Of a DNA stretch of 64,000 nucleotides, positions 24,515 through 37,300 are shown piece by piece. Source of the stretch: the human T2T-CHM13v2.0 reference genome, Homo sapiens; assembly GCF_009914755.1 (NCBI RefSeq), contig NC_060931.1. One strand, given 5' to 3'. Positions within the stretch are counted from its first letter, which is position 1; each line of letters begins with the position of its first letter. A program made the position numbers and the translations under genes. The notes below the pieces were generated by a model that saw only the letters and a program-made list of their open reading frames with translations, was not told the origin of the DNA and made no database searches.

Positions 24515-27500
24515 TTCAACTCACAGAGTTTAACCTTTCTTTTCTTAGAGCAGTTTAGAAACACTCTGCTTGTTATGTCTGCAAGTGGATATTTGGACCT
24601 CTTTGAGGCCTTCGTTGCAAACGGGGTTTCTTCCTTTCATGCTAGACTAAGAAGAGTTCTCAGTAACTTTTTTGTGTTGTGTGTATTCAACTCACAGAGT
24701 TGAACCTTGCTTTAGAGAGAGCAGATTTGAAACACTCTTGCTGTGGCATTTTCAGGTGGAGATTTCAAGCGATTTGAGGACAATTGCAGAAAAGGAAATA
24801 TCTTCGTATAATAACCAGACAGAATCATTCTCAGAAAGTGCTTTGTGATGTGTGCGTTCAACTCACAGAGTTTAACCTTTCTTTTCATAGAGGAGTTTGG
24901 AAACACACTGTTTGTAAGGACTGCAAGTGGATATATGGACCTGTTTGAGGCCTTCGTTGGAAACGGGATTTCTTCATTGAATGCTAGACGGAAGAATTCT
25001 CAGTAAATTCTTTGTGTTGTGTGCATTCAACTCACAGAGTGGAACGTCCCTTTAGACACAGCAGATTTGAAACACTCTTTTTGCGGAATTTGCAAGTGGA
25101 GATTTCTAGCCATTTGATGCCAACAGTAGAAAGGGAAATATCTTCAAATAAAAACCAGACAGAATCATTCTCAGCAAATTCTTTGTGATGTGTGCGTTCA
25201 ACTCACATAGTTTAACCTTTCTTTTCATAGAGCAGTTTGGAAACACTCTGTTTGTAAAGTCTGCAAGTGGATATATGGACCGCATTGAGGCCTTCGTTGG
25301 AAACGGGATTTCTTCATTTCATGCTAGACAGAAGAATTCTCAGTAACTTCTTTGTGCTGTGTGTATTCAACTCACAGAGTGGAACGTCCCTTTGCACAGA
25401 GCAGATTTGAAACACTCTTTTTGTGGAGTTTGCAAGTGGAGATTTCAAGCGATTTGATGCCAACAGTAGAAAAGGAAATATCTTCAAATAAAAACTAGAC
25501 AGAATCATTCTCAGAAACTACTTTGTGATGTGTGCCTTCAACTCCCAGAGTTCAACCTTTCTTTTCTTAGAGCAGTTTAGAAACACTCTGCTTGTTATGT
25601 CTGCAAGTGGATATTTGGACCTCTTTGAGGCCTTCGTTGCAAACGGGGTTTCTTCCTTTCATGCTAGACTAAGAAGAGTTCTCAGTAACTTTTTTGTGTT
25701 GTGTGTATTCAACTCACAGAGTTGAACCTTGCTTTAGAGAGAGCAGATTTGAAACACTCTTGCTGTGGCATTTTCAGGTGGAGATTTCAAGCGATTTGAG
25801 GACAATTGCAGAAAAGGAAATATCTTCGTATAATAACCAGACAGAATCATTCTCAGAAAGTGCTTTGTGATGTGTGCGTTCAACTCACAGAGTTTAACCT
25901 TTCTTTTCATAGAGGAGTTTGGAAACACACTGTTTGTAAAGTCTGCAAGTGGATATATGGACCTGTTTGAGGCCTTCGTTGGAAACGGGATTTCTTCATT
26001 GAATGCTAGACGGAAGAATTCTCAGTAAATTCTTTGTGTTGTGTGCATTCAACTCACAGAGTGGAACGTCCCTTTAGACAGAGCAGATTTGAAACACTCT
26101 TTTTGCGGAATTTGCAAGTGGAGATTTCTAGCCATTTGATGCCAACAGTAGAAAGGGAAATATCTTCAAATAAAAACCAGACAGAATCATTCTCAGAAAA
26201 TTCTTTGTGATGTGTGCGTTCAACTCACATAGTTTAACCTTTCTTTTCATAGAGCAGTTTGGAAACACTCTGTTTGTAAAGTCTGCAAGTGGATATATGG
26301 ACCGCATTGAGGCCTTCGTTGGAAACGGGATTTCTTCATTTCATGCTAGACAGAAGAATTCTCAGTAACTTCTTTGTGCTGTGTGTATTCAACTCACAGA
26401 GTGGAACGTCCCTTTACACAGAGCAGATTTGAAACACTCTTTTTGTGGAGTTTGCAAGTGGAGATTTCAAGCGATTTGATGCCAACAGTAGAAAAGGAAA
26501 TATCTTCAAATAAAAACTAGACAGAATCATTCTCAGAAACTACTTTGTGATGTGTGCCTTCAACTCACAGAGTTTAACCTTTCTTTTCTTAGAGCAGTTT
26601 AGAAACACTCTGCTTGTTATGTCTGCAAGTGGATATTTGGACCTCTTTGAGGCCTTCGTTGCAAACGGGGTTTCTTCCTTTCATGCTAGACTAAGAAGAG
26701 TTCTCAGTAACTTTTTTGTGTTGTGTGTATTCAACTCACAGAGTTGAACCTTGCTTTAGAGAGAGCAGATTTGAAACACTCTTGCTGTGGCATTTTCAGG
26801 TGGAGATTTCAAGCGATTTGAGGACAATTGCAGAAAAGGAAATATCTTCGTATAATAACCAGACAGAATCATTCTCAGAAAGTGCTTTGTGATGTGTGCG
26901 TTCAACTCACAGAGTTTAACCTTTCTTTTCATAGAGGAGTTTGGAAACACACTGTTTGTAAGGACTGCAAGTGGATATATGGACCTGTTTGAGGCCTTCG
27001 TTGGAAACGGGATTTCTTCATTGAATGCTAGACGGAAGAATTCTCAGTAAATTCTTTGTGTTGTGTGCATTCAACTCACAGAGTGGAACGTCCCTTTAGA
27101 CACAGCAGATTTGAAACACTCTTTTTGCGGAATTTGCAAGTGGAGATTTCTAGCCATTTGATGCCAACAGTAGAAAGGGAAATATCTTCAAATAAAAACC
27201 AGACAGAATCATTCTCAGAAAATTCTTTGTGATGTGTGCGTTCAACTCACATAGTTTAACCTTTCTTTTCATAGAGCAGTTTGGAAACACTCTGTTTGTA
27301 AAGTCTGCAAGTGGATATATGGACCGCATTGAGGCCTTCGTTGGAAACGGGATTTCTTCATTTCATGCTAGACAGAAGAATTCTCAGTAACTTCTTTGTG
27401 CTGTGTGTATTCAACTCACAGAGTGGAACGTCCCTTTGCACAGAGCAGATTTGAAACACTCTTTTTGTGGAGTTTGCAAGTGGAGATTTCAAGCGATTTG

Positions 27501-30500
27501 ATGCCAACAGTAGAAAAGGAAATATCTTCAAATAAAAACTAGACAGAATCATTCTCAGAAACTACTTTGTGATGTGTGCCTTCAACTCCCAGAGTTCAAC
27601 CTTTCTTTTCTTAGAGCAGTTTAGAAACACTCTGCTTGTTATGTCTGCAAGTGGATATTTGGACCTCTTTGAGGCCTTCGTTGCAAACGGGGTTTCTTCC
27701 TTTCATGCTAGACTAAGAAGAGTTCTCAGTAACTTTTTTGTGTTGTGTGTATTCAACTCACAGAGTTGAACCTTGCTTTAGAGAGAGCAGATTTGAAACA
27801 CTCTTGCTGTGGCATTTTCAGGTGGAGATTTCAAGCGATTTGAGGACAATTGCAGAAAAGGAAATATCTTCGTATAATAACCAGACAGAATCATTCTCAG
27901 AAAGTGCTTTGTGATGTGTGCGTTCAACTCACAGAGTTTAACCTTTCTTTTCATAGAGGAGTTTGGAAACACACTGTTTGTAAAGTCTGCAAGTGGATAC
28001 ATGGACCTGTTTGAGGCCTTCGTTGGAAACGGGATTTCTTCATTGAATGCTAGACGGAAGAATTCTCAGTAAATTCTTTGTGTTGTGTGCATTCAACTCA
28101 CAGAGTGGAACGTCCCTTTAGACAGAGCAGATTTGAAACACTCTTTTTGCGGAATTTGCAAGTGGAGATTTCTAGCCATTTGATGCCAACAGTAGAAAGG
28201 GAAATATCTTCAAATAAAAACCAGACAGAATCATTCTCAGAAAATTCTTTGTGATGTGTGCGTTCAACTCACATAGTTTAACCTTTCTTTTCATAGAGCA
28301 GTTTGGAAACACTCTGTTTGTAAAGTCTGCAAGTGGATATATGGACCGCATTGAGGCCTTCGTTGGAAACGGGATTTCTTCATTTCATGCTAGACAGAAG
28401 AATTCTCAGTAACTTCTTTGTGCTGTGTGTATTCAACTCACAGAGTGGAACGTCCCTTTGCACAGAGCAGATTTGAAACACTCTTTTTGTGGAGTTTGCA
28501 AGTGGAGATTTCAAGCGATTTGATGCCAACAGTAGAAAAGGAAATATCTTCAAATAAAAACTAGACAGAATCATTCTCAGAAACTACTTTGTGATGTGTG
28601 CCTTCAACTCACAGAGTTTAACCTTTCTTTTCTTAGAGCAGTTTAGAAACACTCTGCTTGTTATGTCTGCAAGTGGATATTTGGACCTCTTTGAGGCCTT
28701 CGTTGCAAACGGGGTTTCTTCCTTTCATGCTAGACTAAGAAGAGTTCTCAGTAACTTTTTTGTGTTGTGTGTATTCAACTCACAGAGTTGAACCTTGCTT
28801 TAGAGAGAGCAGATTTGAAACACTCTTGCTGTGGCATTTTCAGGTGGAGATTTCAAGCGATTTGAGGACAATTGCAGAAAAGGAAATATCTTCGTATAAT
28901 AACCAGACAGAATCATTCTCAGAAAGTGCTTTGTGATGTGTGCGTTCAACTCACAGAGTTTAACCTTTCTTTTCATAGAGGAGTTTGGAAACACACTGTT
29001 TGTAAAGTCTGCAAGTGGATATATGGACCTGTTTGAGGCCTTCGTTGGAAACGGGATTTCTTCATTGAATGCTAGACGGAAGAATTCTCAGTAAATTCTT
29101 TGTGTTGTGTGCATTCAACTCACAGAGTGGAACGTCCCTTTAGACAGAGCAGATTTGAAACACTCTTTTTGCGGAATTTGCAAGTGGAGATTTCTAGCCA
29201 TTTGATGCCAACAGTAGAAAGGGAAATATCTTCAAATAAAAACCAGACAGAATCATTCTCAGAAAATTCTTTGTGATGTGTGCGTTCAACTCACATAGTT
29301 TAACCTTTCTTTTCATAGAGCAGTTTGGAAACACTCTGTTTGTAAAGTCTGCAAGTGGATATATGGACCGCATTGAGGCCTTCGTTGGAAACGGGATTTC
29401 TTCATTTCATGCTAGACAGAAGAATTCTCAGTAACTTCTTTGTGCTGTGTGTATTCAACTCACAGAGTGGAACGTCCCTTTGCACAGAGCAGATTTGAAA
29501 CACTCTTTTTGTGGAGTTTGCAAGTGGAGATTTCAAGCGATTTGATGCCAACAGTAGAAAAGGAAATATCTTCAAATAAAAACTAGACAGAATCATTCTC
29601 AGAAACTACTTTGTGATGTGTGCCTTCAACTCACAGAGTTTAACCTTTCTTTTCTTAGAGCAGTTTAGAAACACTCTGCTTGTTACGTCTGCAAGTGGAT
29701 ATTTGGACCTCTTTGAGGCCTTCGTTGCAAACGGGGTTTCTTCCTTTCATGCTAGACTAAGAAGAGTTCTCAGTAACTTTTTTGTGTTGTGTGTATTCAA
29801 CTCACAGAGTTGAACCTTGCTTTAGAGAGAGCAGATTTGAAACACTCTTGCTGTGGCATTTTCAGGTGGAGATTTCAAGCGATTTGAGGACAATTGCAGA
29901 AAAGGAAATATCTTCGTATAATAACCAGACAGAATCATTCTCAGAAAGTGCTTTGTGATGTGTGCGTTCAACTCACAGAGTTTAACCTTTCTTTTCATAG
30001 AGGAGTTTGGAAACACACTGTTTGTAAAGTCTGCAAGTGGATATATGGACCTGTTTGAGGCCTTCGTTGGAAACGGGATTTCTTCATTGAATGCTAGACG
30101 GAAGAATTCTCAGTAAATTCTTTGTGTTGTGTGCATTCAACTCACAGAGTGGAACGTCCCTTTAGACACAGCAGATTTGAAACACTCTTTTTGCGGAATT
30201 TGCAAGTGGAGATTTCTAGCCATTTGATGCCAACAGTAGAAAGGGAAATATCTTCAAATAAAAACCAGACAGAATCATTCTCAGCAAATTCTTTGTGATG
30301 TGTGCGTTCAACTCACATAGTTTAACCTTTCTTTTCATAGAGCAGTTTGGAAACACTCTGTTTGTAAAGTCTGCAAGTGGATATATGGACCGCATTGAGG
30401 CCTTCGTTGGAAACGGGATTTCTTCATTTCATGCTAGACAGAAGAATTCTCAGTAACTTCTTTGTGCTGTGTGTATTCAACTCACAGAGTGGAACGTCCC

Positions 30501-30646
30501 TTTACACAGAGCAGATTTGAAACACTCTTTTTGTGGAGTTTGCAAGTGGAGATTTCAAGCGATTTGATGCCAACAGTAGAAAAGGAAATATCTTCAAATA
30601 AAAACTAGACAGAATCATTCTCAGAAACTACTTTGTGATGTGTGCC

Positions 30647-31326
30647 TTCAACTCACAGAGTTTAACCTTTCTTTTCATAGAGGAGTTTGGAAACACACTG
30701 TTTGTAAAGTCTGCAAGTGGATATATGGACCTGTTTGAGGCCTTCGTTGGAAACGGGATTTCTTCATTGAATGCTAGACGGAAGAATTCTCAGTAAATTC
30801 TTTGTGTTGTGTGCATTCAACTCACAGAGTGGAACGTCCCTTTAGACAGAGCAGATTTGAAACACTCTTTTTGCGGAATTTGCAAGTGGAGATTTCTAGC
30901 CATTTGATGCCAACAGTAGAAAGGGAAATATCTTCAAATAAAAACCAGACAGAATCATTCTCAGAAAATTCTTTGTGATGTGTGCGTTCAACTCACATAG
31001 TTTAACCTTTCTTTTCATAGAGCAGTTTGGAAACACTCTGTTTGTAAAGTCTGCAAGTGGATATATGGACCGCATTGAGGCCTTCGTTGGAAACGGGATT
31101 TCTTCATTTCATGCTAGACAGAAGAATTCTCAGTAACTTCTTTGTGCTGTGTGTATTCAACTCACAGAGTGGAACGTCCCTTTGCACAGAGCAGATTTGA
31201 AACACTCTTTTTGTGGAGTTTGCAAGTGGAGATTTCAAGCGATTTGATGCCAACAGTAGAAAAGGAAATATCTTCAAATAAAAACTAGACAGAATCATTC
31301 TCAGAAACTACTTTGTGATGTGTGCC
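30647..31326 (+). repeat. 680-bp 4-mer HOR variant
   Basis: Same hybrid junction; C spacing 29613 to 31315 = 1702. Confidence 0.93.
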
Positions 31327-34300
31327 TTCAACTCACAGAGTTTAACCTTTCTTTTCTTAGAGCAGTTTAGAAACACTCTGCTTGTTATGTCTGCAAGTGG
31401 ATATTTGGACCTCTTTGAGGCCTTCGTTGCAAACGGGGTTTCTTCCTTTCATGCTAGACTAAGAAGAGTTCTCAGTAACTTTTTTGTGTTGTGTGTATTC
31501 AACTCACAGAGTTGAACCTTGCTTTAGAGAGAGCAGATTTGAAACACTCTTGCTGTGGCATTTTCAGGTGGAGATTTCAAGCGATTTGAGGACAATTGCA
31601 GAAAAGGAAATATCTTCGTATAATAACCAGACAGAATCATTCTCAGAAAGTGCTTTGTGATGTGTGCGTTCAACTCACAGAGTTTAACCTTTCTTTTCAT
31701 AGAGGAGTTTGGAAACACACTGTTTGTAAAGTCTGCAAGTGGATATATGGACCTGTTTGAGGCCTTCGTTGGAAACGGGATTTCTTCATTGAATGCTAGA
31801 CGGAAGAATTCTCAGTAAATTCTTTGTGTTGTGTGCATTCAACTCACAGAGTGGAACGTCCCTTTAGACAGAGCAGATTTGAAACACTCTTTTTGCGGAA
31901 TTTGCAAGTGGAGATTTCTAGCCATTTGATGCCAACAGTAGAAAGGGAAATATCTTCAAATAAAAACCAGACAGAATCATTCTCAGAAAATTCTTTGTGA
32001 TGTGTGCGTTCAACTCACATAGTTTAACCTTTCTTTTCATAGAGCAGTTTGGAAACACTCTGTTTGTAAAGTCTGCAAGTGGATATATGGACCGCATTGA
32101 GGCCTTCGTTGGAAACGGGATTTCTTCATTTCATGCTAGACAGAAGAATTCTCAGTAACTTCTTTGTGCTGTGTGTATTCAACTCACAGAGTGGAACGTC
32201 CCTTTGCACAGAGCAGATTTGAAACACTCTTTTTGTGGAGTTTGCAAGTGGAGATTTCAAGCGATTTGATGCCAACAGTAGAAAAGGAAATATCTTCAAA
32301 TAAAAACTAGACAGAATCATTCTCAGAAACTACTTTGTGATGTGTGCCTTCAACTCACAGAGTTTAACCTTTCTTTTCTTAGAGCAGTTTAGAAACACTC
32401 TGCTTGTTATGTCTGCAAGTGGATATTTGGACCTCTTTGAGGCCTTCGTTGCAAACGGGGTTTCTTCCTTTCATGCTAGACTAAGAAGAGTTCTCAGTAA
32501 CTTTTTTGTGTTGTGTGTATTCAACTCACAGAGTTGAACCTTGCTTTAGAGAGAGCAGATTTGAAACACTCTTGCTGTGACATTTTCAGGTGGAGATTTC
32601 AAGCGATTTGAGGACAATTGCAGAAAAGGAAATATCTTCGTATAATAACCAGACAGAATCATTCTCAGAAAGTGCTTTGTGATGTGTGCGTTCAACTCAC
32701 AGAGTTTAACCTTTCTTTTCATAGAGGAGTTTGGAAACACACTGTTTGTAAAGTCTGCAAGTGGATATATGGACCTGTTTGAGGCCTTCGTTGGAAACGG
32801 GATTTCTTCATTGAATGCTAGACGGAAGAATTCTCAGTAAATTCTTTGTGTTGTGTGCATTCAACTCACAGAGTGGAACGTCCCTTTAGACAGAGCAGAT
32901 TTGAAACACTCTTTTTGCGGAATTTGCAAGTGGAGATTTCTAGCCATTTGATGCCAACAGTAGAAAGGGAAATATCTTCAAATAAAAACCAGACAGAATC
33001 ATTCTCAGAAAATTCTTTGTGATGTGTGCGTTCAACTCACATAGTTTAACCTTTCTTTTCATAGAGCAGTTTGGAAACACTCTGTTTGTAAAGTCTGCAA
33101 GTGGATATATGGACCGCATTGAGGCCTTCGTTGGAAACGGGATTTCTTCATTTCATGCTAGACAGAAGAATTCTCAGTAACTTCTTTGTGCTGTGTGTAT
33201 TCAACTCACAGAGTGGAACGTCCCTTTGCACAGAGCAGATTTGAAACACTCTTTTTGTGGAGTTTGCAAGTGGAGATTTCAAGCGATTTGATGCCAACAG
33301 TAGAAAAGGAAATATCTTCAAATAAAAACTAGACAGAATCATTCTCAGAAACTACTTTGTGATGTGTGCCTTCAACTCCCAGAGTTCAACCTTTCTTTTC
33401 TTAGAGCAGTTTAGAAACACTCTGCTTGTTATGTCTGCAAGTGGATATTTGGACCTCTTTGAGGCCTTCGTTGCAAACGGGGTTTCTTCCTTTCATGCTA
33501 GACTAAGAAGAGTTCTCAGTAACTTTTTTGTGTTGTGTGTATTCAACTCACAGAGTTGAACCTTGCTTTAGAGAGAGCAGATTTGAAACACTCTTGCTGT
33601 GGCATTTTCAGGTGGAGATTTCAAGCGATTTGAGGACAATTGCAGAAAAGGAAATATCTTCGTATAATAACCAGACAGAATCATTCTCAGAAAGTGCTTT
33701 GTGATGTGTGCGTTCAACTCACAGAGTTTAACCTTTCTTTTCATAGAGGAGTTTGGAAACACACTGTTTGTAAAGTCTGCAAGTGGATACATGGACCTGT
33801 TTGAGGCCTTCGTTGGAAACGGGATTTCTTCATTGAATGCTAGACGGAAGAATTCTCAGTAAATTCTTTGTGTTGTGTGCATTCAACTCACAGAGTGGAA
33901 CGTCCCTTTAGACAGAGCAGATTTGAAACACTCTTTTTGCGGAATTTGCAAGTGGAGATTTCTAGCCATTTGATGCCAACAGTAGAAAGGGAAATATCTT
34001 CAAATAAAAACCAGACAGAATCATTCTCAGAAAATTCTTTGTGATGTGTGCGTTCAACTCACATAGTTTAACCTTTCTTTTCATAGAGCAGTTTGGAAAC
34101 ACTCTGTTTGTAAAGTCTGCAAGTGGATATATGGACCGCATTGAGGCCTTCGTTGGAAACGGGATTTCTTCATTTCATGCTAGACAGAAGAATTCTCAGT
34201 AACTTCTTTGTGCTGTGTGTATTCAACTCACAGAGTGGAACGTCCCTTTGCACAGAGCAGATTTGAAACACTCTTTTTGTGGAGTTTGCAAGTGGAGATT

Positions 34301-37300
34301 TCAAGCGATTTGATGCCAACAGTAGAAAAGGAAATATCTTCAAATAAAAACTAGACAGAATCATTCTCAGAAACTACTTTGTGATGTGTGCCTTCAACTC
34401 ACAGAGTTTAACCTTTCTTTTCTTAGAGCAGTTTAGAAACACTCTGCTTGTTATGTCTGCAAGTGGATATTTGGACCTCTTTGAGGCCTTCGTTGCAAAC
34501 GGGGTTTCTTCCTTTCATGCTAGACTAAGAAGAGTTCTCAGTAACTTTTTTGTGTTGTGTGTATTCAACTCACAGAGTTGAACCTTGCTTTAGAGAGAGC
34601 AGATTTGAAACACTCTTGCTGTGGCATTTTCAGGTGGAGATTTCAAGCGATTTGAGGACAATTGCAGAAAAGGAAATATCTTCGTATAATAACCAGACAG
34701 AATCATTCTCAGAAAGTGCTTTGTGATGTGTGCGTTCAACTCACAGAGTTTAACCTTTCTTTTCATAGAGGAGTTTGGAAACACACTGTTTGTAAAGTCT
34801 GCAAGTGGATATATGGACCTGTTTGAGGCCTTCGTTGGAAACGGGATTTCTTCATTGAATGCTAGACGGAAGAATTCTCAGTAAATTCTTTGTGTTGTGT
34901 GCATTCAACTCACAGAGTGGAACGTCCCTTTAGACAGAGCAGATTTGAAACACTCTTTTTGCGGAATTTGCAAGTGGAGATTTCTAGCCATTTGATGCCA
35001 ACAGTAGAAAGGGAAATATCTTCAAATAAAAACCAGACAGAATCATTCTCAGAAAATTCTTTGTGATGTGTGCGTTCAACTCACATAGTTTAACCTTTCT
35101 TTTCATAGAGCAGTTTGGAAACACTCTGTTTGTAAAGTCTGCAAGTGGATATATGGACCGCATTGAGGCCTTCGTTGGAAACGGGATTTCTTCATTTCAT
35201 GCTAGACAGAAGAATTCTCAGTAACTTCTTTGTGCTGTGTGTATTCAACTCACAGAGTGGAACGTCCCTTTGCACAGAGCAGATTTGAAACACTCTTTTT
35301 GTGGAGTTTGCAAGTGGAGATTTCAAGCGATTTGATGCCAACAGTAGAAAAGGAAATATCTTCAAATAAAAACTAGACAGAATCATTCTCAGAAACTACT
35401 TTGTGATGTGTGCCTTCAACTCACAGAGTTTAACCTTTCTTTTCTTAGAGCAGTTTAGAAACACTCTGCTTGTTATGTCTGCAAGTGGATATTTGGACCT
35501 CTTTGAGGCCTTCGTTGCAAACGGGGTTTCTTCCTTTCATGCTAGACTAAGAAGAGTTCTCAGTAACTTTTTTGTGTTGTGTGTATTCAACTCACAGAGT
35601 TGAACCTTGCTTTAGAGAGAGCAGATTTGAAACACTCTTGCTGTGGCATTTTCAGGTGGAGATTTCAAGCGATTTGAGGACAATTGCAGAAAAGGAAATA
35701 TCTTCGTATAATAACCAGACAGAATCATTCTCAGAAAGTGCTTTGTGATGTGTGCGTTCAACTCACAGAGTTTAACCTTTCTTTTCATAGAGGAGTTTGG
35801 AAACACACTGTTTGTAAGGACTGCAAGTGGATATATGGACCTGTTTGAGGCCTTCGTTGGAAACGGGATTTCTTCATTGAATGCTAGACGGAAGAATTCT
35901 CAGTAAATTCTTTGTGTTGTGTGCATTCAACTCACAGAGTGGAACGTCCCTTTAGACACAGCAGATTTGAAACACTCTTTTTGCGGAATTTGCAAGTGGA
36001 GATTTCTAGCCATTTGATGCCAACAGTAGAAAGGGAAATATCTTCAAATAAAAACCAGACAGAATCATTCTCAGCAAATTCTTTGTGATGTGTGCGTTCA
36101 ACTCACATAGTTTAACCTTTCTTTTCATAGAGCAGTTTGGAAACACTCTGTTTGTAAAGTCTGCAAGTGGATATATGGACCGCATTGAGGCCTTCGTTGG
36201 AAACGGGATTTCTTCATTTCATGCTAGACAGAAGAATTCTCAGTAACTTCTTTGTGCTGTGTGTATTCAACTCACAGAGTGGAACGTCCCTTTGCACAGA
36301 GCAGATTTGAAACACTCTTTTTGTGGAGTTTGCAAGTGGAGATTTCAAGCGATTTGATGCCAACAGTAGAAAAGGAAATATCTTCAAATAAAAACTAGAC
36401 AGAATCATTCTCAGAAACTACTTTGTGATGTGTGCCTTCAACTCCCAGAGTTCAACCTTTCTTTTCTTAGAGCAGTTTAGAAACACTCTGCTTGTTATGT
36501 CTGCAAGTGGATATTTGGACCTCTTTGAGGCCTTCGTTGCAAACGGGGTTTCTTCCTTTCATGCTAGACTAAGAAGAGTTCTCAGTAACTTTTTTGTGTT
36601 GTGTGTATTCAACTCACAGAGTTGAACCTTGCTTTAGAGAGAGCAGATTTGAAACACTCTTGCTGTGGCATTTTCAGGTGGAGATTTCAAGCGATTTGAG
36701 GACAATTGCAGAAAAGGAAATATCTTCGTATAATAACCAGACAGAATCATTCTCAGAAAGTGCTTTGTGATGTGTGCGTTCAACTCACAGAGTTTAACCT
36801 TTCTTTTCATAGAGGAGTTTGGAAACACACTGTTTGTAAAGTCTGCAAGTGGATACATGGACCTGTTTGAGGCCTTCGTTGGAAACGGGATTTCTTCATT
36901 GAATGCTAGACGGAAGAATTCTCAGTAAATTCTTTGTGTTGTGTGCATTCAACTCACAGAGTGGAACGTCCCTTTAGACAGAGCAGATTTGAAACACTCT
37001 TTTTGCGGAATTTGCAAGTGGAGATTTCTAGCCATTTGATGCCAACAGTAGAAAGGGAAATATCTTCAAATAAAAACCAGACAGAATCATTCTCAGAAAA
37101 TTCTTTGTGATGTGTGCGTTCAACTCACATAGTTTAACCTTTCTTTTCATAGAGCAGTTTGGAAACACTCTGTTTGTAAAGTCTGCAAGTGGATATATGG
37201 ACCGCATTGAGGCCTTCGTTGGAAACGGGATTTCTTCATTTCATGCTAGACAGAAGAATTCTCAGTAACTTCTTTGTGCTGTGTGTATTCAACTCACAGA

